From Betaproteobacteria bacterium (GTDB taxonomy: Bacteria > Pseudomonadota > Gammaproteobacteria > Burkholderiales > SG8-41): DNA of 39,603 bases. Made by a program: the position numbers and the translations under genes. The notes beneath the pieces are model-generated. The model ran no database searches and had not been told where the DNA came from. It was given only the letters and a program-made list of their open reading frames with translations. The DNA lies in NCBI GenBank assembly GCA_031427895.1, contig JANPOH010000034.1, positions 1 through 39,603 of the forward strand, given 5' to 3'. Positions 1 to 10,081 of the stretch are shown piece by piece (the stretch's first letter is position 1; each line of letters starts with the position of its first letter).

Positions 1-13
1 CGGGTCGGCCAGA

Positions 14-1330
14 TCACCCGCGCCGGAATCTTCGCCAATCTGGGCTGTTGGAAATTTGCTGGAGCCCGAGTCGGTTGACGATCATCCGCGGAGTTTCGGG
101 TGCGGCGCCCGCCACAACCGTCCACAAGTGCGGGAACACCGTGTCCTTCGCGATTTTATGGGTAATGGCGCCGAGCGCTATCAGATCAATCAGCTCCGCC
201 AACGCTGCCGGCGGAACCGGGCAGGCGGCGAAGTCACGTCCTTCTTCGTTTAGCCGCGCGCTGACCTCGCCGGTCAGCCAGTTGGCGCACAGTTTGGCCT
301 TATCGTTGCCGGCAGCGGCAACGCATGCATCGAAATATTCGGACATCTCGCGCGAGGCCGTGAGGCCGTAGGCATCGTAGGCCGACAAAGCGTATTCGTG
401 CGTGTAGCGCGCGCGTTTTACGCCGGGCAGATCGGGCATGGCTGATTTGACGGCCTCCAGCCAGGGCTCGGAAACTTCCAGCGGCAACAAATCGGGATCG
501 GGGAAGTAGCGATAATCGTGCGCGTCTTCCTTGGACCGCATGGAGCGCGTTTCGTCTTTGTCCGGATCGTAGAGCCGCGTTTCCTGCACGATGCGACCGC
601 CGTCTTCGATCACCTCGATCTGGCGGCGCACCTCGAATTCAATCGCGCGCTCGAGAAAGCGAAACGAGTTCAGGTTCTTGATTTCACAGCGCGTGCCGAG
701 TTTGTCCGAACCCATGGGCCGCACCGACACATTGGCATCGCAGCGAAACGATCCTTCCTGCATATTGCCGTCGCAGATATCGATCCAGCGCACCAGCGCA
801 TGCAGCGCCTTGGCGTAGGCGACCGCCTCGGCGGAAGAGCGCATGTCGGGTTCGGTGACAATTTCGAGCAGCGGCGTGCCGGCGCGATTCAGATCGATGC
901 CGGTGGCGCCCTGAAAATCTTCGTGCAGGGATTTGCCCGCGTCTTCTTCGAGGTGGGCGCGCGTTAACTGCACGGTTTTTTCTTGTGCGTTTGCGCCTTC
1001 GCCCACGCGGATGGTGAGCGAGCCGCCCTCGACGATGGGCAATTCATACTGGCTGATCTGGTAGCCTTTCGGCAGATCCGGGTAGAAGTAATTCTTGCGC
1101 GCGAATATCGAGCGGCGATTGATTTTTGCGCCCACCGCCAGCCCGAAGCGGATCGCGCGCTCGACCGCGCCCTGATTCAGCACCGGCAACACGCCGGGCA
1201 GCGCAAGATCAACCGCGCACGCCTGCGTGTTGGGGGCCGCGCCGAATGCCGTGGCCGCGCCCGAAAATATTTTCGACGCCGTGGACAACTGGGCGTGCGT
1301 TTCGAGGCCGATGACGACTTCCCATTTCAT
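14..1330 (-). CDS. gatB: Asp/Glu-tRNA(Asn/Gln) amidotransferase subunit B; the ORF ends earlier than usual for the family
   Basis: 438-aa ORF starting [15 protein letters not shown], with GatB-type motifs ([23 protein letters not shown]) and the start of the C-terminal YqeY-like tail. It lies downstream of gatC-gatA on the same strand. TGA at 14-16. Confidence 0.9.
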   Translation of the reverse strand: MKWEVVIGLETHAQLSTASKIFSGAATAFGAAPNTQACAVDLALPGVLPVLNQGAVERAIRFGLAVGAKINRRSIFARKNYFYPDLPKGYQISQYELPIVEGGSLTIRVGEGANAQEKTVQLTRAHLEEDAGKSLHEDFQGATGIDLNRAGTPLLEIVTEPDMRSSAEAVAYAKALHALVRWIDICDGNMQEGSFRCDANVSVRPMGSDKLGTRCEIKNLNSFRFLERAIEFEVRRQIEVIEDGGRIVQETRLYDPDKDETRSMRSKEDAHDYRYFPDPDLLPLEVSEPWLEAVKSAMPDLPGVKRARYTHEYALSAYDAYGLTASREMSEYFDACVAAAGNDKAKLCANWLTGEVSARLNEEGRDFAACPVPPAALAELIDLIALGAITHKIAKDTVFPHLWTVVAGAAPETPRMIVNRLGLQQISNSPDWRRFRRG

Positions 1331-1343
1331 GATCGTTCCTCCC

Positions 1344-1433
1344 GTAAGACGTGAGGCGTGAGGGGTAAGGCGTAACCCCGCACTGCGGTCATACTGTCGT
1401 TTTTCGTCTCACGCCTCACGCTTCACCCCTCAC
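1344..1433. repeat. Inverted pair of heptanucleotide tandem arrays in the gatA-gatB spacer
   Basis: The plus strand reads GTAAGAC GTGAGGC GTGAGGG GTAAGGC GTAACCC (1344-1378). After 27 nt it reads GTCTCAC GCCTCAC GCTTCAC CCCTCAC (1406-1433), the approximate reverse complement. The right arm runs into the last gatA codons. Confidence 0.85.
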
Positions 1434-2883
1434 AGCCAGGCGGCATTCGCTGGTGCCAATCCGTCGCCAACTGATACTGATGCGCCACGTTCAGCATGCG
1501 AGCCTCGGAAAAATAGTTACCGATAATCTGCAATCCGACCGGCAGCCCGCCGCCGTCAAACCCGCACGGAATCGACATCCCCGGCAGTCCCGCCAGATTG
1601 ACCGCGATGGTGTAAATATCGGACAGATACATTTGCACCGGATCGCCGGATTTTTCACCGATTTTGAATGCGGTGGACGGACTGGTCGGCCCCAGGATCA
1701 CGTCGCACTTTTTGAATGCCTCGGTGAAATCCTGCGCGATTAGCCGCCGCAGCTTTTGCGCGCGGATGTAGTACGCGTCGTAGTAGCCATGCGACAGCAC
1801 ATAGGCGCCGATCAGAATACGCCGTTTGACTTCCGCGCCGAAGCCTTCGGCGCGGGTGTTTTCGTACATTTCGGCGAGACTGCCGTAGTTTTTTGCGCGA
1901 TAGCCGTAGCGCACGCCGTCAAAGCGCGACAGATTGCTGGAAGCCTCCGCCGGCGCCAGCACGTAATACACCGGCACCGACAGCGCCATATTCGGCAAGC
2001 TGACATCAACGATTTCGCAGCCAAGCTTGCGGTAGTCGGCGACCGCGCGCTCGACGGCTTGAATCACGGCGGCGGATGCGCCCGCGGCAAAAAACTCCCG
2101 CGGCAGGCCGATACGCAACCCCGCTAGCGGTTTGGCGAGTTCGCTGCCGTAGTCTTGCGGCGCGCGTTGCAGACTGGTGGAGTCGCGCGCGTCGAAACCC
2201 GCCATCACGTTCAGCATCAGCCCGAGGTCTTCGGCGGTGCGCGCCATCGGGCCGCCCTGATCGAGACTGGAGGCAAAGGCGATCATGCCGTAGCGCGATA
2301 CCAGGCCGTAGGTGGGCTTCAAGCCGCAGATGCCGGTGAACGCCGCCGGTTGGCGAATGGAGCCGCCGGTATCGGTGCCGGTGGCCGCGGGCGCGAGACG
2401 GGCGGCTACCGCGGCGGCCGAGCCGCCGGAACTGCCGCCGGGCACCCGCTCACGGTCCCAGGGGTTACGCACCGGGCCGTAGAACGAGGTCTCGTTCGAC
2501 GAACCCATGGCGAACTCGTCCATGTTGGTCTTGCCCAGATTGACCGCGCCGGCGGCATTGAAGCGCTCGATCACATGCGCGTCGTAGGGCGACACGAAAT
2601 TCGACAGCATTTTCGAGCCGCAAGTGGTGAGCCAGCCCTCGGCGCAGAAAATATCTTTCTGTGCAATGGGCACGCCCGTCAGGGGCTGCGCCTTGCCTGC
2701 CGCCCGCTGCGCGTCGGCGGCGCGCGCCTGGGCCAGGCTTTTGTCCGCATCAACGGAAATAAAACTGTTAAGGGAATAATTTAACCCATTGATTCTATTG
2801 ATAAAAAATTTCGTCACTTCGACGCTGGAGAACTTTCCAGCAGCGAGGCCGTCACACAGTTGTTTGAGAGTGGTATGCAGCAT
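1423..2883 (-). CDS. gatA: Glu-tRNA(Gln) amidotransferase subunit A
   Basis: 486-aa ORF with the amidase signature ([24 protein letters not shown]). It lies between gatC and gatB. Confidence 0.95.
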   Translation of the reverse strand: MLHTTLKQLCDGLAAGKFSSVEVTKFFINRINGLNYSLNSFISVDADKSLAQARAADAQRAAGKAQPLTGVPIAQKDIFCAEGWLTTCGSKMLSNFVSPYDAHVIERFNAAGAVNLGKTNMDEFAMGSSNETSFYGPVRNPWDRERVPGGSSGGSAAAVAARLAPAATGTDTGGSIRQPAAFTGICGLKPTYGLVSRYGMIAFASSLDQGGPMARTAEDLGLMLNVMAGFDARDSTSLQRAPQDYGSELAKPLAGLRIGLPREFFAAGASAAVIQAVERAVADYRKLGCEIVDVSLPNMALSVPVYYVLAPAEASSNLSRFDGVRYGYRAKNYGSLAEMYENTRAEGFGAEVKRRILIGAYVLSHGYYDAYYIRAQKLRRLIAQDFTEAFKKCDVILGPTSPSTAFKIGEKSGDPVQMYLSDIYTIAVNLAGLPGMSIPCGFDGGGLPVGLQIIGNYFSEARMLNVAHQYQLATDWHQRMPPGCEG

Positions 2884-2948
2884 GGCGCGCGGGGCGGATG
2901 GTCCGCCGGATCAGAGCGTGATCGGGCAGGGGTTTCCGTTAATCAGCC

Positions 2949-3245
2949 TTATTCAATGACTCTGGGCACCAGATAGAACCCGGATTCGACTTGCGGCGCC
3001 ACCGACTGAAAGCGCTGGCGTTGTTCCGGCGCGCTGGATTCGGTGATCGCGTCCGCGCGCAGGCGCTGCACCAAATCCTGCGCGTGCGACATGGGCGCGA
3101 TGGCGCTCACGTCGATCGCCTCCATTTCGCCGATCATGTCGAAAATACCGGCGAGTTGTGTTTGCGTGGATTGCGCTTCGTCGTCATTGATCGCGATACG
3201 CGCGAGGTGCGCGACACGCTTTACATCATCCAGCGTCAGAGCCAT
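2949..3245 (-). CDS. gatC: Glu-tRNA(Gln) amidotransferase subunit C
   Basis: The internal ATG at 3245 gives a 98-aa protein (MALTLDDVKRVAHLARIAI...), close to typical GatC length. The 118-aa ORF-track version only adds a hydrophobic leader. Confidence 0.85.
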   Translation of the reverse strand: MALTLDDVKRVAHLARIAINDDEAQSTQTQLAGIFDMIGEMEAIDVSAIAPMSHAQDLVQRLRADAITESSAPEQRQRFQSVAPQVESGFYLVPRVIE

Positions 3246-3346
3246 GAAAAGTTCCCGGAATTCCAGCAAAAATGAACAAAAAATAAAAGCCACCGCGAGC
3301 GTCATAGGGTATCATAATCGGCTATCACAGGCGGCGCAGTGCAGTG

Positions 3347-3376
3347 CTGATTCGGTACTGATTCGGCGCTGATTTC
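3347..3376 (+). promoter_or_regulatory. Three direct repeats CTGATT(C/T) with 11-bp spacing in the gatC/mreB divergent region
   Basis: CTGATTCGG at 3347, CTGATTCGG at 3358 and CTGATTTCC at 3369. They lie 40-70 nt upstream of the mreB ATG. Confidence 0.35.
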
Positions 3377-3406
3377 CGTCATTTGAAATACGCATAATAC
3401 GAATAG

Positions 3407-4456
<1,050 letters not shown>

Positions 4457-4516
4457 ATGCGTGTGCGCCGTCCCCTGGGGCGTGATGATGCACGCGTAAC
4501 CGCGCCGCACGGCTGA

Positions 4517-5431
4517 GTGATGGAACACACACCACCGCCGTTCTTCAAAACCGGCCCCAGCCCGCTGGCCCGTCTGGTGACCTTTGCCTTGTTGTCGCTG
4601 GCGCTGCTGGCGTCGGATGCGAATTACAAATACCTGGAGACACTGCGGCAGATTGCCGCAGTGATTATTTATCCGCTGCAACGCATCGCCGCCACCCCGG
4701 CGAGCCTGCTGCGGCGAGGCGGGGAATTTTTTGTCGCGCACTCGACCCTGCGTGAAGAAAACGCGCAACTGCGGCAGGACAAGCTCGCCGTCGCCGCGCG
4801 CGTGCAGCAGGCCGCGACGCTGGAAGCGGAAAACACGCATCTGCGATCACTGCTCGAAGCCCGTCAGCGGTTAAAGGAGCGCACCACGCTGGCGGAGGTG
4901 TTGTACGCGGCGCGGGACCCGTTTACGCGGCGCTTTGTCATCGACAAAGGTGCGCAGCACGAGGTGCGCGCGGGATTCCCCGTGGTGGACGCCGCCGGCG
5001 TGGTGGGGCAGGTGACGCGCGCGTATCCGTTGCTGGCGGAAGTCACGCTGATTACCGACAAGGGGCATCTGGTGCCGGTGCTGAATGTACGCAGCGGCCT
5101 GCGCTCGGTATTGGCGGGCACCGGCGTGCAGGGCACGCTGGAGTTGCAGTTTTCGCCGTTGAACGCCGATGTGCAAAAAGGCGATCAGTTGGTGACGTCG
5201 GGCATCGACGGCATCTATCCCGCGGGATTGCCGGTCGCCGAAGTGGTTGCGATCGAACACAACCCGGCACAAATGTTCGCCAAAGTCACCTGCCGGCCAT
5301 TGGGCAATGTGGGCAGTCATACCCGTGTGTTTGTGGTGCATGCCGCGCCGGCGCTGCTGCCGCGCCCGGCGGAAGATGCAGAAAAGTCGCCGCGCGGTCG
5401 CAAGGCCGCCAAGGGCGCTAAAGGCGGATAA
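4517..5431 (+). CDS. mreC: Rod shape-determining protein MreC
   Basis: 304 aa with an N-terminal TM segment, a coiled-coil stretch (LRQDKLAVAARVQQAATLEAENTHLRSLL) and a beta-rich C-domain. It lies between mreB and mreD. The start is GTG 4517 or ATG 4520. Confidence 0.9.
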   Translation: MMEHTPPPFFKTGPSPLARLVTFALLSLALLASDANYKYLETLRQIAAVIIYPLQRIAATPASLLRRGGEFFVAHSTLREENAQLRQDKLAVAARVQQAATLEAENTHLRSLLEARQRLKERTTLAEVLYAARDPFTRRFVIDKGAQHEVRAGFPVVDAAGVVGQVTRAYPLLAEVTLITDKGHLVPVLNVRSGLRSVLAGTGVQGTLELQFSPLNADVQKGDQLVTSGIDGIYPAGLPVAEVVAIEHNPAQMFAKVTCRPLGNVGSHTRVFVVHAAPALLPRPAEDAEKSPRGRKAAKGAKGG

Positions 5432-5448
5432 GCGCGGATGACCCTGCC

Positions 5449-5973
5449 ATGATTAATTTATATCCCGGCACCCCGCAGGAAATTCTGCGGCCCGCCAAAA
5501 CCGGATTTATCGTTGCCACGCTGCTTGCCGCGCTGCTGTTGAACCTGCTGCCGTGGTCCGGCTGGGGGCTGTGGGTGCGCCCGGATTTCGTGGCGCTGGT
5601 GCTGCTCTACTGGTGCATAGACCAGCCGCGCAAGATCGGCTTTGCCATCGCATGGGTGCTAGGGTTATTGATGGACGTGGCGGATGGCAGTCTGTTCGGC
5701 CAGCACGCGCTCGCCTACAGCATCGTGGCCTATGCAGGCATCGTGCTGCATCGCCGGGTGCAGGGGTTTTCGATGGCGCCGCAGGCGCTGCATGTGGTGC
5801 CCCTGTTGTTGCTGAACGACGGCATCGTGCTGCTGATACGCATGGCGGCGGGCAGCGATTATCCCGGCCACTGGTATTTTTTAGGCAGTGTGATCGGCGG
5901 CCTGTTGTGGCCCGCGCTGTCGTATTTTCTCAAGCTGCCGCAGCGGCCGCGGTTTGACCCGGATCAGGTCTGA
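5449..5973 (+). CDS. mreD: Rod shape-determining protein MreD
   Basis: 174-aa polytopic membrane ORF directly after mreC, in the conserved position. Confidence 0.85.
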   Translation: MINLYPGTPQEILRPAKTGFIVATLLAALLLNLLPWSGWGLWVRPDFVALVLLYWCIDQPRKIGFAIAWVLGLLMDVADGSLFGQHALAYSIVAYAGIVLHRRVQGFSMAPQALHVVPLLLLNDGIVLLIRMAAGSDYPGHWYFLGSVIGGLLWPALSYFLKLPQRPRFDPDQV

Positions 5974-5974
5974 C

Positions 5975-7888
5975 ATGCTGTTTAACCCCGGCATTGAAAT
6001 TCGCGACGCGCAACGCGAAGCGTATCAATTCAAACTGCGGCTGGCGATCACGTCGGGATTCGTGCTGGTTATGTTCGCCCTGTTGCTGACACGATTCGCC
6101 TACCTGCAGGTCATTCAGCACGCGCACTATCACACGCTGGCCGAGGCCAATCGTATCTCGGTGGCGCCCGTCGTGCCCGGCCGCGGGGTGATTTTTGACC
6201 GCAACGGGGTGCGGTTGGCCTACAACTACACCGCGCACACGCTGGAAATCACCCCGGCCAAAGTCATGTCGGGCGGGGCGGCGACGGGCAGGATGGCGGA
6301 TGTCAACAGCACCATCGACCGCCTTTCCGAGATCGTGGAAATCACCCCGCGCGACCGCCGCCGCTTCAAGCAATTGCTCGAAGAAAGCAAGAGCTTTGAA
6401 AGTCTGCCGCTGCGTTCGCGCCTGTCGGATGAGGAGATTGCGCGCTTTGCCGCACACCGGTATCGTTTTCCGGGGGTCGATATCAAGGCGCGGCTGTTCC
6501 GCCAATACCCGCAGGGAGAGATGTTTTCCCATGTCATCGGTTATATCGGGCGCGTTAACCAGAAAGACCTCGACCGGCTGGAGACCAGCGGCGAGCTGGC
6601 GAACTATCGCGGCACTGACTACGTCGGCAAGGTGGGGATCGAACAGAGCTACGAAAGCGTCCTGCACGGCACCACCGGCGTGGAGCAGGTCGAAATTGAC
6701 TCCGCCGGGCGCGCGGTGCGCGTGTTGTCGCGCACGCCGCCAACCCCCGGGGCCAACCTGGCGCTCAATCTGGATGCGGGATTGCAGGCGCTGGCGGACA
6801 AGGCGTTCGGTGATCGTCGCGGCGCACTGGTGGCCATCGACCCGCGCAACGGCGGCGTGTTGGCGTTTGTCAGCAAGCCCGGCTTTGATCCCAATTTATT
6901 CGTGGAAGGCATTGATCCGCAAAGCTGGAGCGAACTGCGCGACTCACCCGATCGCCCGATGTTGAATCGCGCGCTCGCGGGCGGCTATCCGCCGGGCTCC
7001 ACCTTCAAACCGTTCATGGCGCTGGCGGCGCTGGCAACCGGCAAGCGCACGCCGCAGCAGTCGATCAGTGATCCGGGCTATTTCCAGTTCGGCAATCACC
7101 GTTTTCGTGACGACGCGGAGTTCGGCCATGGTTCGGTTGATATGTACAAATCGATCGTGGTGTCGTGCGACACCTATTACTATGTGCTGGCTAACGATAT
7201 GGGCATCGACGCGATCTCGCAATTCATGGGGCGCCTGGGATTCGGTTCGCGTACCGGGATTGACCTTACCGGCGAATCCGCCGGCATCCTGCCCTCGCGG
7301 GAATGGAAGCAGCAGCGTTTCAAGCAAAAATGGATCGCCGGTGAAACCATCAGCATCGGCATCGGTCAGGGCTATAACACCTACACGCCGCTGCAACTGG
7401 CGTCGACGATCGCCACCTTGGCCAACGATGGCGTGATGTTCCGCCCGCATCTGGTGGATTACGTCGAGGATGTACGCAGCAAGGTTCGCACCCCGGTCGC
7501 GCCCAAACCGCTGCGTAACCTCGAACTGAATCAGGAACATATCGACGTCATCAAAAAAGCCATGGTCGGCGTGAACAAGGAAGGCACCAGCGCCTCGGTG
7601 TTCGCCGGCGCCGAATATGTCAGCGCGGGCAAGACCGGCACCTCGCAGGTGATCGCCATCAAGCAGGGCGAAAAATATATCGAAAGCCGGGTGCAGGAGC
7701 GCCACCGCGACCACGCGCTGTTCGTGGCGTACGCGCCGGCCGAGAAACCCACCATCGCGCTGGCGGTGATTGTCGAAAACGGTGGCTTCGGCGCGCGCGC
7801 CGCTGCGCCGATCGCGCGGCAGGTGTTCGATTACCACTTGCTGGGCAAGCAGCCGCCTGCCGCCAAAAAGGACGGCGAAAAAAAATGA
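5975..7888 (+). CDS. mrdA: Penicillin-binding protein 2 (elongasome transpeptidase)
   Basis: N-terminal TM segment. Transpeptidase motifs STFK (SxxK), SCD (SxN-like) and KTGTS (KTG). ATG 5975 lies 2 nt after the mreD stop; the ORF-track TTG at 5954 is an alternative start. ATGA overlap with rodA. Confidence 0.93.
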   Translation: MLFNPGIEIRDAQREAYQFKLRLAITSGFVLVMFALLLTRFAYLQVIQHAHYHTLAEANRISVAPVVPGRGVIFDRNGVRLAYNYTAHTLEITPAKVMSGGAATGRMADVNSTIDRLSEIVEITPRDRRRFKQLLEESKSFESLPLRSRLSDEEIARFAAHRYRFPGVDIKARLFRQYPQGEMFSHVIGYIGRVNQKDLDRLETSGELANYRGTDYVGKVGIEQSYESVLHGTTGVEQVEIDSAGRAVRVLSRTPPTPGANLALNLDAGLQALADKAFGDRRGALVAIDPRNGGVLAFVSKPGFDPNLFVEGIDPQSWSELRDSPDRPMLNRALAGGYPPGSTFKPFMALAALATGKRTPQQSISDPGYFQFGNHRFRDDAEFGHGSVDMYKSIVVSCDTYYYVLANDMGIDAISQFMGRLGFGSRTGIDLTGESAGILPSREWKQQRFKQKWIAGETISIGIGQGYNTYTPLQLASTIATLANDGVMFRPHLVDYVEDVRSKVRTPVAPKPLRNLELNQEHIDVIKKAMVGVNKEGTSASVFAGAEYVSAGKTGTSQVIAIKQGEKYIESRVQERHRDHALFVAYAPAEKPTIALAVIVENGGFGARAAAPIARQVFDYHLLGKQPPAAKKDGEKK

Positions 7889-8991
7889 TCGCCTGGTATC
7901 TGCGGCGCTTCGGACGCGTGCTGACCGCGCATATCGACGGTCCGCTGCTGGCCTCGGTGTTGCTGCTGATGGGCACGGGCATCGTGGCGCTCTACAGCGC
8001 CTCCAACGCAACCTGGCCGCGTGTCACCGGGCAGATGACGAATATGGCGGTTGCGCTGGCGGTCATGTGGATATTCGCCAACATCCCGCCGCATTTTCTG
8101 CTGCGGCTGGCGCTGCCGGTGTTCTTGCTGGGGATAGCGCTGCTGATCGGTGTCGCCGTGGCCGGCGACGTGGTCAACGGCGCGCGCCGCTGGCTACACA
8201 TCGGCATCACACGCATACAACCCTCGGAGCTGATGAAGATCGCCGCGCCGCTGATGCTGGCCTGGTATTTTCATCGTTACGAAGGCACGCTGCGCTTGCG
8301 CAATTTCGTGCTGGCGGCGATTTTGTTGATGATTCCGGTGGCACTGATCGCGCGCCAGCCCGATCTGGGCACCGCGATCCTGATCCTGGCCAGCGGCGGC
8401 TACGTATTGTTTCTCGCCGGACTCTCGTGGAAGGTGATCGCCGGACTCGGTGTCGCGGGATTGGCGAGCGCGCCGGTGGCCTGGGTGATGATGCACGACT
8501 ACCAGCGCCAGCGCATCCTGACCCTGATTAATCCGATGGACGATCCGCTGGGCGCGGGTTATCACACCATTCAATCAACCATCGCGGTCGGCTCCGGCGG
8601 CGTGACCGGCAAGGGCTGGATGAGCGGCACGCAGACGCATCTGGATTTCATACCCGAGCGCACCACCGACTTTATTTTCGCCGTGTTTTCCGAAGAATTC
8701 GGTTTGGTGGGCAACATCGTGTTGCTGATACTTTTTCTGCTGGTGATTTCGCGCGGCTTTGTGATCACGGCGCAGGCATCCAACCTGTTCACGCGCCTGC
8801 TGGCGGGGTCGATCACGCTGACGTTTTTCACCTACGCTTTTGTCAACATGGGCATGGTCAGCGGCATCCTCCCGGTGGTGGGCGTGCCGCTGCCGCTGAT
8901 TAGCTACGGCGGCACGTCGCTGGTGTCGTTGTGCCTGGGGTTCGGTATTTTGATGAGCATCCATACGCATCGTAATTTGGTAAGGACTTGA
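7885..8991 (+). CDS. rodA: SEDS-family peptidoglycan polymerase RodA
   Basis: 368-aa polytopic membrane protein with FtsW/RodA-type motifs (PSELMKI, LPLISYGGTSL). Translationally coupled to mrdA. Confidence 0.95.
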   Translation: MIAWYLRRFGRVLTAHIDGPLLASVLLLMGTGIVALYSASNATWPRVTGQMTNMAVALAVMWIFANIPPHFLLRLALPVFLLGIALLIGVAVAGDVVNGARRWLHIGITRIQPSELMKIAAPLMLAWYFHRYEGTLRLRNFVLAAILLMIPVALIARQPDLGTAILILASGGYVLFLAGLSWKVIAGLGVAGLASAPVAWVMMHDYQRQRILTLINPMDDPLGAGYHTIQSTIAVGSGGVTGKGWMSGTQTHLDFIPERTTDFIFAVFSEEFGLVGNIVLLILFLLVISRGFVITAQASNLFTRLLAGSITLTFFTYAFVNMGMVSGILPVVGVPLPLISYGGTSLVSLCLGFGILMSIHTHRNLVRT

Positions 8992-9000
8992 AAGGCGGGC

Positions 9001-9915
9001 ATGAAGGGGGAGGGATTCACGATGCGAATAAACCATGGCCCGGCCATGTTGCTGAAGATTTTCATTCTGATGACAGTGGTGCTGTCCGGCTGCGGCACGC
9101 CGCCCAGACGCGACGCGCCGGCTGTCAAAGCGCCCGCGCCCGCCGCCAACGCCACCAAAGGCGGCGGCTACTATCTCGACGACGGTCCCGCCGCGAATAC
9201 GCCGGCCAATCTCGACGGCATTCCCGATGCCGTGCCGCGTGTCGAGCCGCTGCATCGCGGCGCGCTGCGGCCCTATACCGTGATGGGCAGAAACTATGCG
9301 CCGATGACGGCAGTGGTGCCCTATCGCGCGCGCGGCGCGGCCTCGTGGTACGGGCGGCGTTACCACGGCAAGCAAACGTCTTCCGGTGAAATTTACGATA
9401 TGTATGCGATGACGGCGGCGCATACCACGTTGCCGATCCCGAGCTATGCGCGGGTGACTAACGTGGCGACAGGGAAATCCATCGTGGTACGGATCAACGA
9501 TCGTGGGCCGTTTATCGACAATCGCCTGATCGATTTATCCTACACGGCAGCGCATAAACTGGGCGTGCTGGCCGGCGGCAGCGCGATGGTGGAGGTTGAA
9601 ACCATCCTGCCGGGGGCTGCAGTATCGGTCGCCCCCTCGCCCGACCCTGCGCCCGAACGGCAAATCGCGATGGCCGCGGACGCTGCGGGTAATTACCTGC
9701 AACTGGCAGCCTTCGGCTCCAGAGACAACGCCGAGGCCTACGCCGGGCGCTTGCGGGCAGAGCAGGCGTGGCTTGCGCCGCAGGTGCGGGTGTCCCTGCG
9801 CGAGGGCTTGTTCCGGGTGCAGGCCGGGCCCTTTGCAAATCAGAGCGAGGCGCGTCAGGCGGCGGATCGCATCAGTCAGGAGATGGGCGTCAAACCGTTG
9901 GTGCTCATCAGATAA
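9001..9915 (+). CDS. rlpA: Septal ring lytic transglycosylase RlpA (lipoprotein with DPBB and SPOR domains)
   Basis: Lipobox LSGC. DPBB domain ASWYGRRYHGKQTSSGEIYD...RINDRGPF. C-terminal SPOR domain YLQLAAFGSRDNAEAYAGRL...FRVQAGPF. The start may instead be ATG 9022. Confidence 0.92.
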   Translation: MKGEGFTMRINHGPAMLLKIFILMTVVLSGCGTPPRRDAPAVKAPAPAANATKGGGYYLDDGPAANTPANLDGIPDAVPRVEPLHRGALRPYTVMGRNYAPMTAVVPYRARGAASWYGRRYHGKQTSSGEIYDMYAMTAAHTTLPIPSYARVTNVATGKSIVVRINDRGPFIDNRLIDLSYTAAHKLGVLAGGSAMVEVETILPGAAVSVAPSPDPAPERQIAMAADAAGNYLQLAAFGSRDNAEAYAGRLRAEQAWLAPQVRVSLREGLFRVQAGPFANQSEARQAADRISQEMGVKPLVLIR

Positions 9916-9937
9916 GCATGAAAAAACAGATGCTTAT
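9912..9937 (+). other. Perfect 8-bp inverted repeat overlapping the rlpA stop codon
   Basis: ATAAGCAT gaaaaaacag ATGCTTAT. No U-tract follows, so it is not a canonical terminator. Confidence 0.4.
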
Positions 9938-9981
9938 GAAATAACCCCGGCGCTCAGGCGGGCAGGTTGAAAATCGACGAA

Positions 9982-9990
9982 TGTTATAAT
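9982..9990 (+). promoter_or_regulatory. Candidate extended -10 promoter element upstream of aceE
   Basis: TGTTATAAT (TGn + TATAAT), 92 nt upstream of the aceE ATG. There is no good -35 element, which is consistent with an extended -10 promoter type. Confidence 0.3.
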
Positions 9991-10081
9991 TGCGCTGCAT
10001 CGGGCGCGGCGCCACAAGCGCTGCTGTAAGCTATTACCGCCCGCCGAAAAAGCCCCAAAAAGGTTCCAAAAGGGTATTGCC

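Noticed and set aside
6944-8011. 355-aa minus-strand ORF
   Set aside because: It is antisense to mrdA, which has clear PBP motifs. Shadow ORF.
8575-9423. 282-aa minus-strand ORF
   Set aside because: It is antisense to the rodA 3' end and the rlpA 5' end. Shadow composition.
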